A DNA stretch of 64,000 nt from assembly GCA_963826785.1 (NCBI GenBank), contig CAWGYD010000001.1, positions 224,001 to 288,000 on the forward strand, read 5' to 3'. Below are positions 40,584 to 49,075 of this stretch, one piece after another; position 1 is the stretch's first letter; each line of letters begins with the position of its first letter. Made by a program: the position numbers and the translations under genes. Source of the stretch: an uncultured delta proteobacterium (GTDB lineage Bacteria > Desulfobacterota > Desulfobacteria > Desulfobacterales > Desulfosalsimonadaceae). The notes under the pieces are model-generated. The model made no database searches. It was not told where the DNA came from and was given only the letters and a program-made list of their open reading frames with translations.

Positions 40584-42294
40584 TTATTGGGGGTAATTTT
40601 GTGACTGATGCGCTTTTCCGTGGCATTTTAGAAAACATTGCCCCCGGAAGCGGCCGAGATCATTATATTCAAGCCGTCCCGTGTCATCGGGCATGACGAT
40701 GGTCCGATCAAAATTGATGAGATGGCTGTTGCGGATGGAATTTCCCTGCATGTAATTGATGCCGTGGGGATCATGACAGGCCGAACAGGGCGTCTTTTGA
40801 TCCACCACATGCGTCTTGTGCGGGAAGCTTTCATCATTCAGCAGGGTCGCCCGGCTGTGGCAAGTATAGCACAGGGCGTAGCTGGAGGGGGACTCTATCG
40901 TGTAATCATCGGTGACATACCGGTCGGTGAGCAGATGCGGCCAGTCCGATCCGTGGGGTCCCTTGGGTGCGGAGGGATCGCTGCTGCCATGACAGTCCGA
41001 GCAGGTGATGGTGCTGCTGACGGTATAGGGCGGCAGCAGGCTTAACACATCCGGGTTTTTTCCCCGGACTTCCACCGGGTGAAAGGAAGGATTGGCCGGA
41101 TCAAATTCCAGCCGGGTGTTGACCTGATCAATCTGCCGGGCAACGTTTAGCGTATCGACGACATTGTTGTCGCCGTGGCATTTGAAGCAGATTTCATATT
41201 CATAGCGGGCTTCGGGCAGCATCTGGCCGGCCCCGGACATGCCCGATGCCCCCCGGGTCGCCCCCGATACCCGGGAGCCGTCCATGGACGGATCGGCGTT
41301 TGCCTGGTGGGGATCGTGGCAGTCGCTGCATTCAACATGTTTTTGGACGCCCCCCGATGCGAAATTTTCGCCCGGATCGTGAACGCCCGTATAGGCATCC
41401 ACGGGATGCCGGTACCGCTTGGTGATGACCGACGCGATATCGGTGGCGGCCACCTTGCCGTCATGGCAGGCAAGGCAGTTGTCCTCTTCATACACGAAGC
41501 GCAGCAGCCGCTCGATTTTCTCCTGCAGAATGGGGCCGGTGGCAATTTTCACATCCGTTTTCGGCGACGGTCACGTAGTCGGTATTCGGCCAGAGCGTAC
41601 CGGACCGGTCCAGTACCGCAGGGGAGCGTGAATGGGAAGAGGCGTTCCAGCCCTTTTCGTCATGGCAGGTAATGCACAGGGATGATCCCGTATTGTCCAT
41701 CACCAGAAACTGGCCGAACGTGTCATCATGGGGGTCATGGCAGGTGATGCACTGCAGCACGCGATTATTTTCGAGCCGGATTTCCCGGGGGAGCGTGGAC
41801 GGATCCCTGATCTCCCGGTTCTCCAGGGAAAGTCCGGTATCGTAGACAAATGAAACCGGATGGTCATCGGACAGGTCCGTGCCCAGTCCCGAGGGCCGCT
41901 GCTCGGGCAGATACCGGATGCCGCCCCGAAAAGGGATCTCGGTTTCCCCCGCAGCGGTCGCGCCAAGCGCAATGGTGCCGTCGTGGCAGCTCAGGCACAT
42001 CCGGGAAGATCCGGTGGGCTGCCCCACGTCGGCGGTGAGGGTGGAACTGTAATAGGGGGTATAATGGCTTTCATTGACGCTGCGGTTCCACAGATACGGC
42101 ATGTTCGAGCCTTCCCGGTGGGGAATGTGGCAGAAAATGCATATCCTCTCTTCCGATGAAGCGGTAATGGCGCCGGGGCCGCTGATGGACAGGTTGTGCC
42201 GGGTCGCGCGTATGTTTCCGCCCAGGGCGGACGTGGATAAACAGCACAGGAACAGGGCGAGGCCCGCAAGTTTTTTGTTTTTCATCCGTTTCAT
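40584..42294 (-). CDS. Multiheme cytochrome c (11 CxxCH + 1 CxxxCH) with an N-terminal OmcE-like domain, frameshifted at about 41518
   Basis: Signal peptide, then RHNLS/CIFCHIPH/LWNR/CLSCHDG/DLSDDHPVSF/CITCHDPH/CITCH and CENCH. The second frame adds six more CxxCH and CFLKCH. Confidence 0.88.
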
Positions 42295-43328
42295 TTCAGG
42301 GCATCTTCTTTCAGGTATTTAAATACCTGGATCCGTTTATTGCTTGAATCCGACACGTAGATATAATCATTTTGATCGATGTAGATCCCGGTGGGAAGCC
42401 AGAATTCTCCGCTCCCCGAGCCGTGGTTGCCAAAGGCCATCAGCAGGCGGCCCTTCGGGTCAAACATCTGGACATTGTCGAAGAGCGCATCCACCACATA
42501 GAGATTGCCGTCGCTGTCGGCTGCCACACCCTTGGGCCTGGCAAAGGTCCCGGGCGCATCGCCCATCCGGCCAAAGGCGGTTTGAAACGCGCCTGTGCGG
42601 GAAAACACCTGGACCCGGGCATTTAGCGAGTCGGACACGATAATGTCGCCGGTGGGTGATGTGCATATGTGGGTGGGATAGTGCAGCCGGCCGTTTTGCG
42701 ACCCGCTGCCGCCAAATGATCCTTTCGGGGAAAGGGTTTTCAGGTCGTATCTGAATACCCGGGAAAGAAGCGTGTCCACCACGAGCAGTTCCGATGTCTG
42801 CTTATTGACGGCAATCCCGGTGGGCCGTTTGAACACATCGCGGCCCAGCTCCGCAACGAATGTGTCCCCGCGGTCCTTGAATATCCTGACCACGGCATCT
42901 TTCGAGTCGGTGACGTAGATCCGCCCCCCGTCATCTATGGCAATATCCACCGGGGAGGCCGGCAACGACTGTGCCGGGGAGAAGGAAGAATAGCGGTTCC
43001 CCTTTGCATCGAACACATGGACCTTCTTCAGGAAGGTATCGACAACATAAAGCCTGCCGTCGGCGTCGGATGACACGCCATAGGGGGAAACAATGGATGC
43101 CCCCGGTCTGCCGCCGATATAATCGACCAGTTTTTTAAACACCCCGGGTGCGATCCCGGCATCTTCCGGTCCGGATATGGTGTCAACAAATTCGATGCGC
43201 TTTGTCTCCGGCGGTTTCGGCCAGAAGAGATCCGCCCGCGGGCGCAGAGGTTCCGCGTGCTTGACGCATCCGGCCGCAACTGCCCATATGATCAGTGCCG
43301 CCGCGAATATAGGGATCATCCTGCGCAT
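42291..43328 (-). CDS. NHL-repeat six-bladed beta-propeller lipoprotein
   Basis: Lipobox AAGC, FWPKPPET and repeated PxGIAV/YVxD/RVQVF units. Confidence 0.9.
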   Translation of the reverse strand: MRRMIPIFAAALIIWAVAAGCVKHAEPLRPRADLFWPKPPETKRIEFVDTISGPEDAGIAPGVFKKLVDYIGGRPGASIVSPYGVSSDADGRLYVVDTFLKKVHVFDAKGNRYSSFSPAQSLPASPVDIAIDDGGRIYVTDSKDAVVRIFKDRGDTFVAELGRDVFKRPTGIAVNKQTSELLVVDTLLSRVFRYDLKTLSPKGSFGGSGSQNGRLHYPTHICTSPTGDIIVSDSLNARVQVFSRTGAFQTAFGRMGDAPGTFARPKGVAADSDGNLYVVDALFDNVQMFDPKGRLLMAFGNHGSGSGEFWLPTGIYIDQNDYIYVSDSSNKRIQVFKYLKEDALK

Positions 43329-43335
43329 GACCGGG

Positions 43336-45306
43336 CTACCACAGGCTCCGGGTGATGCCCAGGTAAATCCGCTGCTGCCGGTAGCTGTCCCCATTTTTCT
43401 TGTCCTCCTGATTGCCCAGCCGGTAGGAGAGGGTCCCTGTCCAGACCCCGTACGCCAGTTGGACGGTCGGGGCGATTTCCGTGTATACCATATCCTGATG
43501 GTCTCCGGAAACCCTGTCCCACAGACCCACCATGCTGAAAGTGCACCACCATCTGGGCGTCCAGCCGATGTTGGTCCCCAGGCTGTAAAAATCTTCCGAT
43601 TCATCGATGTCCGGAAAATCTCTGTTTCCGTAATCTCCGGAAAAATTGAAATAAAAATTTCGCAGGGGCCTGAAGTTGATGAGTTGGCGAACGCTCCGGG
43701 TGATGATGGAATTGCCGTTGCTCCGGTCCTGATCCTCATAGAAAAACTGGGTCTCCGTCCAGTCGGTGTCGAACCGGATGCGGACACTGTTGCGGGTATC
43801 ATCAATGGGATCATACAGCGATTCACCGGATATCACGTTCTGGTTGAGACGGCCGTGCGCCAGGGTGAGATAGAAAAACGACCACAGATCCAGATCGAAA
43901 CGGTAGTCCTGGCCGAAGCGGGCATCGTCCACCGAGGCATCGATCCGGTAGCTGTAGCGGATGAGCACCTCCTGACCGTCGGCGATGGAGCCCAGCAGGG
44001 AGCGGCTGATGCTCACATCGGGCCCGATCTCCTGGATCCGGTAATCGATATTTTCAGCGTAGACGGTGGCGCCGGTAATGCTGGTCACCAGGATGGATTG
44101 GCGCAAAATGTTTTCTTCCCGCAGCAGCGTTTCCTCACCGATTTTCAATACATGGGGCTCCTGGGTCGAAATGATGTCCTGGTCGCCGCTTCGTTGGGTG
44201 AGATCATAGGTGTACCCCGCGCCCAGCTCCACGTTTCCCCAGGGGATCGGCCGATTGTAGGTAAAGCCCAGGTTGCTGCGGTACAGGTCTTCGCTTCCGC
44301 CGGAAAAATCGGTAAATGCCGCCTCCCCGCCAAGATCCGTGGTCAGGCGGTCATACAGGCGATGGGTCAAACCGGCCCTCAGTGCGGTTTCCTCGTTTAC
44401 GAAGCTGTCGAAGTCGTTCCGGTTGTAATTGATGCTGTACCGGGTCAGCAGGCTTCTGCTGTGGGTCCAGAAAAGATTCTCCGAAGCCGACCAGATATCA
44501 CTGTCCGCATCGGCGTATTCGGCCCGGTTGTTGTAAAAAAGCGAGTCGAGTCTGACCCTGTTGTCATCCGTAAAAAAGAGGGTGTTGGTCAGTTCCGTGT
44601 TCAGGGCATTGGATGAAATATCGGTGCTGTCATACAGTGTCCGGGTGGTTCGGTCCGCGTCGTCGTAAAGCATTTCGAGCTGGGTAACGCTGTTTCCCGC
44701 ATTGTGACGGACATCGACCTGCAGTTCATTGCGATCTTCATCCCACCCGTAAAATCCGCTCTGGGAGGATTTCTGACTGCTGAATCCGATGGAGGCCGGC
44801 AGCGTGGGGTTGGTGAAATTCAGCCGGGTGCCCCAGGTTTCATTATCGAAATCCGTATCCTGGACGGTCGACAGATCGAGCCGGCGGGTGTTACGGTAGG
44901 CAAAGAAATCCATGGAGAACGGTTTGCGCTTCAGCAGCGTCGCCCGCGCGTCATAGGCCATAACCGATGTGTCCCTCCGCTCTGTATGGGATTGTTCAAA
45001 TATTTCCTGGCGCCACTCGGGCATGAAGGTAAAGCGGTATTCCATCAGGTTGGGATGATAAAGCCAGCCACCGGTGCGGATGGTTGCAGTCTCCAGAAAG
45101 TCATGGGTGGTGGTCTTTGTTTCCGCCTCCGGCGTTTTTAGCGTTTCATCCTCAAATTCATAGGAAGTGCCAAGCCCCAGCTTGGGCCGCTCCATGAAAA
45201 AAAATCCATTCTCCTGCGCATGGGCTGAAGTCGCCGCCGTCATCAGGGCGGCACATGACAGCATAAACAGGATCATATGGGTTACTCTATTGCGGGAAAA
45301 CATCAT
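43336..45306 (-). CDS. Outer-membrane beta-barrel (candidate porin of a porin-cytochrome conduit)
   Basis: Signal peptide ending AHA, no internal TM helices, many alternating Y/F/L-S/T/D/R strands and an aromatic C-terminal Trp. Flanked by cytochrome genes. Confidence 0.75.
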   Translation of the reverse strand: MMFSRNRVTHMILFMLSCAALMTAATSAHAQENGFFFMERPKLGLGTSYEFEDETLKTPEAETKTTTHDFLETATIRTGGWLYHPNLMEYRFTFMPEWRQEIFEQSHTERRDTSVMAYDARATLLKRKPFSMDFFAYRNTRRLDLSTVQDTDFDNETWGTRLNFTNPTLPASIGFSSQKSSQSGFYGWDEDRNELQVDVRHNAGNSVTQLEMLYDDADRTTRTLYDSTDISSNALNTELTNTLFFTDDNRVRLDSLFYNNRAEYADADSDIWSASENLFWTHSRSLLTRYSINYNRNDFDSFVNEETALRAGLTHRLYDRLTTDLGGEAAFTDFSGGSEDLYRSNLGFTYNRPIPWGNVELGAGYTYDLTQRSGDQDIISTQEPHVLKIGEETLLREENILRQSILVTSITGATVYAENIDYRIQEIGPDVSISRSLLGSIADGQEVLIRYSYRIDASVDDARFGQDYRFDLDLWSFFYLTLAHGRLNQNVISGESLYDPIDDTRNSVRIRFDTDWTETQFFYEDQDRSNGNSIITRSVRQLINFRPLRNFYFNFSGDYGNRDFPDIDESEDFYSLGTNIGWTPRWWCTFSMVGLWDRVSGDHQDMVYTEIAPTVQLAYGVWTGTLSYRLGNQEDKKNGDSYRQQRIYLGITRSLW

Positions 45307-45380
45307 CGGTTCATTTATCGCCCATGGTCTTTCAGCTTCTCACGAGATGGAAACTGCGGGTTCATCGAAATTCAAGCCGG

Positions 45381-46121
45381 CTACTCAGTCTTTTTGCAAT
45401 CCACGGGGGACAAATTTTCACCACTCGGGTCCGGCTTCAAAAAAGCCGTATGTTTTTCTTCCATGTAGTCTTTCTTCAACATAAACCGGTCTTTCCCCAG
45501 GTGGACATTGTGGCACGACAGGCACGGTTTGGGTTGATCTGCATCCTTGATGCATTTTGCAGCGCCGATTTTATTGCCTTCATTGTGGCAGCTGACGCAC
45601 AAGCGGTCCGGATCGTCATTGAGCCGAAAAGGGTACCGGCTCTGATGGGCCGCGTGGCACGCCAGGCATTTTCCCTCGGCTGAAAGCTTTTGCAGATACA
45701 GCCCCCTTTGGATCGCCCACTCGGGGGACAGGTCCTTGTGACAGGTTTGGCAGAGCTTTTGGGCCGGGGCCACCAGGGGGCCCGGCTTTCCCCCGCCGCT
45801 TCTGAAAATGCCGTCCCAGCTGTTCCCGAAAATGGGGGTGGAAAAGGCGGAGGCCCCTTCATGGCAGGCCGCGCATTTTCTTCCGATATAAGGTTTGTGA
45901 GAAACCAGGGGGCGCTCGAGCACCCCGGCGTCGGCGGTCTGCACGACCGTAGATGCCGGGGTTTGGGCTTCCAGGGGCTTGGGTTTTTCGGCGGAAATTT
46001 CCTCTTCAGGAAACAGGAAGCGAAAGGCCGCACTTTCAGGATGCTTCTGGCACCCTGGCGTCAGAAACATCAAGACGCCCGTAAAAACAGCGAGGGCAAA
46101 AATGCTTATCTGCTTATCCAT
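45381..46121 (-). CDS. Pentaheme cytochrome c lipoprotein
   Basis: Lipobox-like TPGC. Motifs CAACH, CQTCH, CLACH, CVSCH and CLSCH. Confidence 0.85.
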   Translation of the reverse strand: MDKQISIFALAVFTGVLMFLTPGCQKHPESAAFRFLFPEEEISAEKPKPLEAQTPASTVVQTADAGVLERPLVSHKPYIGRKCAACHEGASAFSTPIFGNSWDGIFRSGGGKPGPLVAPAQKLCQTCHKDLSPEWAIQRGLYLQKLSAEGKCLACHAAHQSRYPFRLNDDPDRLCVSCHNEGNKIGAAKCIKDADQPKPCLSCHNVHLGKDRFMLKKDYMEEKHTAFLKPDPSGENLSPVDCKKTE

Positions 46122-46194
46122 AAGACTCCAGTAAAATCCGTTTTCTCGCCGGAACAGCGTGCGGGTCGCAAGATATTTTCAAGTCGTCGGACCA

Positions 46195-47271
46195 TCACCG
46201 CCCTATGCTCTGGTTTTCCGGGAGCGTATCGCCGACCCATTTTCCGAATCCATAGACATTGAGTTTGCTGGATCCGAACATGCTGGTGACATAAACGAGG
46301 TACTCGATTTTAAAATTCGGGGAGGCAAATTTGGAAAAATAGCCGACATTGGCGTAATCGATGGCGATGCCGGCAGGAAGATACAGGCTGCCCGGGGCGC
46401 TGCCGGAGCCGCCGAAAAAGAGCAGCAGCCGGCTCTGATCATCAAAGATCTGCACGTTCTCAAAGGCGGCATCCACCGCATAGAGATTGTTCGCTTTATC
46501 CACCGCCAGCCCTTTGGGCCGCGCAAAACCGCCGATCTGGTCGCCGTGGAACCCGATGGTCCGGCGCAGATCACCGTCGGGGGAGAGCACCTTGACACGG
46601 AAGTTGAAGGCGTCGTTGACAAAGACCTCGCCGCCCGGCCCCACGGTGAGGTGGGAGGGTTTGAAAAAATCCCCTTTTTTCCCCACGGCCCTGATCAGGC
46701 CGCCGGTGTCCTTATCCAGGATGAACAGCTGCTCTTTATCGATATCGATCACATACACCCGGTTTCCATGCACCGCCACATCCACCGGCTTTTCAAATAT
46801 CTCCGCATTGCCGTAGGCCCTCAGAAATTCGTTGTTCCGGTTAAAGACCACCACCTGTTTTCGCTGCATGTCCGCAACGTATTTGAGGTCGTCATCTGAA
46901 ATCCAGATGCCGGAAGGATTGCCCAGGCTTCCCATTCCGCTGTCATCGATGAAGGAAAGGGTCTGATCCGCCAGATCAAGCACCACGATTTTTCGGTAGA
47001 CCCGGTCCAGGACGTAAATTTTGCCCTTTGAAGACCCCACATCATAGGGCCGCCCCAGTTTTTCATTGTCGGGTTTGCCCAGGATGAACTCCTGAAGGGC
47101 ACTTTGCTTTTTGCCCAGGTCGTGGGCGTCCGTTATGGAATGGAGAAACTGCAGCCGCGGTTCCTGGGGCAGCGGCGGGTAGTATATAGGATTTTGATGC
47201 ATCCCCTCCCTGGGCACGGAGGCGCACCCGATGAAGACGATAAACAGTGAAAACAGGAAGATCTTTTTCAT
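46195..47271 (-). CDS. NHL-repeat beta-propeller lipoprotein
   Basis: Lipobox FIGC, YYPPLPQEPRLQFL, FARPKGLAVD and ENVQIFD. Confidence 0.9.
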   Translation of the reverse strand: MKKIFLFSLFIVFIGCASVPREGMHQNPIYYPPLPQEPRLQFLHSITDAHDLGKKQSALQEFILGKPDNEKLGRPYDVGSSKGKIYVLDRVYRKIVVLDLADQTLSFIDDSGMGSLGNPSGIWISDDDLKYVADMQRKQVVVFNRNNEFLRAYGNAEIFEKPVDVAVHGNRVYVIDIDKEQLFILDKDTGGLIRAVGKKGDFFKPSHLTVGPGGEVFVNDAFNFRVKVLSPDGDLRRTIGFHGDQIGGFARPKGLAVDKANNLYAVDAAFENVQIFDDQSRLLLFFGGSGSAPGSLYLPAGIAIDYANVGYFSKFASPNFKIEYLVYVTSMFGSSKLNVYGFGKWVGDTLPENQSIGR

Positions 47272-47288
47272 TTTGCAGGGCGGATCCT

Positions 47289-47948
47289 TTATTTGTCGTG
47301 ACAGGTCAGGCAAAGGGCCGACCCTGTATTGTCCTTGATCAGCAGTTTGGTTCCCGGGACCGCCCGGGTGTTGTGAACGTCATGGCAGGATGAACATTCC
47401 ATCCGGCTTTGAAAAAGCATATCGTCATGAATGGTCCCGCTGCTGCCGACCAGGCCCGAAAGCTTGGCCAGCGGGTCGTAAAGCTCACCGTCCTGGGTGG
47501 CCAGAGAGGTGTCATAAACAAATGAAATGGGATGATCATTGCTCAGGTCGGTGCCGATCAGGACATCTCCGAACAGATAAACGGTCCCGTTTCGGATATC
47601 GCCGAAATTTTCCAGGGCCACGGTCCCGTCATGGCAGGAGAGGCAGATTTTGGAAAGCCCGTCCGGCTGACTGCTGACATTCGCATCCATGGTGGGGGAG
47701 CGGGTGCTGTTATACATGGTGTAGACCTCCGTGGACAGTTCATGATTCCACAGCGGGGCCGGAAGGGGTTTGGTGTGATGGGGCGTGTGGCAGGGCTTGC
47801 AGATTTCCCCGCTTTCGTTCCACAGATACCCGCGAAAGTCATGGGCGGATCCGACGATGGTCCCCGCCAGTGCGACAGACGAACAGACGAGCAGCAGAGA
47901 CAGTATGGCCGCCGGTATTTTTCTCTTCATCTTCAACTTTATCCGCAT
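47289..47948 (-). CDS. Tetraheme cytochrome c, OmcE-like (candidate nanowire subunit)
   Basis: AGAGGA RBS and a signal peptide ending ALA. Motifs AHDF, CKPCHTPH, PLWNH, CLSCHDG, GTDLSNDHPISF, CSSCHDVH and GSALCLTCHDK. Confidence 0.85.
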   Translation of the reverse strand: MRIKLKMKRKIPAAILSLLLVCSSVALAGTIVGSAHDFRGYLWNESGEICKPCHTPHHTKPLPAPLWNHELSTEVYTMYNSTRSPTMDANVSSQPDGLSKICLSCHDGTVALENFGDIRNGTVYLFGDVLIGTDLSNDHPISFVYDTSLATQDGELYDPLAKLSGLVGSSGTIHDDMLFQSRMECSSCHDVHNTRAVPGTKLLIKDNTGSALCLTCHDK

Positions 47949-48099
47949 GTTTGATCCTCTATGATTATTGTTCGTTTCCATCAACTTTGCTGGTGAATGC
48001 TTTATCTTCGTTCCTGGCGGAAAAATGAGATTTTAGTGCAAGACAGGCCAAAAAAAGGCAATCCCGGGCTAAAAGATGCGTTTTTCGCCTATGCACGAT

Positions 48100-49053
48100 T
48101 TACATTTGGTGACATTCCTTGCACAGGTTTTCCGGCAGCCGATGCCGGTATTTGCTGTCCGCCCCCTTGGCCCCGGGCCGATCCTCCGGGATGACCCCTT
48201 TCTGGTGGGGGTTGTGGCAGGTGATGCAGGTCATCTCGCCCTTTTCATCCAATGGGAGCCTGACCTGATATTTTTCCTCCATGTGTTGAATCCGCTTCAT
48301 TCCATCCGGGGAGGGCTTGATGCCCATGTGATCGGCATTTCCGGAATGGTTCCCGGCAATCCGGTGGCACCGGCGGCACATGGTTTCGATATTGCCGATG
48401 AACTTGACGTCCTTGAAGGTCGCATGCTTTTCGTCGGGTTTCTCTTCGTGGCAGATCAGGCAGTTTTGAATGATGATCTCGCCGTTCTCATCGATCTGGT
48501 GATGGGGGTCGAGCTTCTGGTAGTTTTGTTCGGCATGGCATTTATAGCAAAAATCCGTCCGCCTGGGATAAGGGGCGCCGCGCAGGGAATTGCGGTCAAA
48601 CAGCCGCTTTTCGCACTGCAGGAAAACGTTGTGGCAGGTGTTGCAGGTGAGCCGTCCCTCCTGCAGCGGAAAATCGGCCGGCATCCGTTTTTTCTTTTCG
48701 GGCGACGGCGCGATGTCGAAGGGGTGGATGTACTCGGCCGGGGCTTCGGCATGACAGCGGCATAACCGTCCATAATCGGCCTCGAACTTGAGCCAGGGCT
48801 GTCCGCTCCCCTTGACGGGCGTGGTTTCATGGCATTCGCTGCAATATTGTCCGGTGTAATGGATATTGGTGGCGGCCGTGACGCCTTCGTTTACAAACGT
48901 GAAGTCAGGGGCAAAGCGGGGCGCTTCTGCCGCCGCCGTCTCCGGCGATGGGCCAACGTCCGCATCTTCATGATAACTTTGCGTCGAAACGGATTGGCAG
49001 GACACCATCATCAGGCAGAAGGCCAGGGTGATGAGGCGCGTTCTCTTGAACAT
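48100..49053 (-). CDS. Multiheme cytochrome c lipoprotein (7 CxxCH + 1 CxCH; the start could be 49101)
   Basis: Lipobox-like MVSC. Motifs CSECH, CRCH, CNTCH, CYKCH, CLICH, CRRCH, CITCH and CKECH. Confidence 0.85.
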   Translation of the reverse strand: MFKRTRLITLAFCLMMVSCQSVSTQSYHEDADVGPSPETAAAEAPRFAPDFTFVNEGVTAATNIHYTGQYCSECHETTPVKGSGQPWLKFEADYGRLCRCHAEAPAEYIHPFDIAPSPEKKKRMPADFPLQEGRLTCNTCHNVFLQCEKRLFDRNSLRGAPYPRRTDFCYKCHAEQNYQKLDPHHQIDENGEIIIQNCLICHEEKPDEKHATFKDVKFIGNIETMCRRCHRIAGNHSGNADHMGIKPSPDGMKRIQHMEEKYQVRLPLDEKGEMTCITCHNPHQKGVIPEDRPGAKGADSKYRHRLPENLCKECHQM

Positions 49054-49075
49054 GCCCAGGAGACGGCATCTGTGG

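Noticed and set aside
43329..43826. N-terminal extension of the 511-aa NHL ORF
   Set aside because: It overlaps the barrel gene. The lipoprotein signal begins at 43328.
43177..44616. Long plus-strand ORFs (also 25911-27239, 57503-58714 and 22766-23728)
   Set aside because: They are antisense shadows of well-supported minus-strand genes in GC-rich DNA and carry no recognisable motifs.
48037..48051. Sigma-54-like TTGGCCTGTCTTGCA upstream of the OmcE-like gene
   Set aside because: The GG-GC spacing is 8 nt rather than the required 10.
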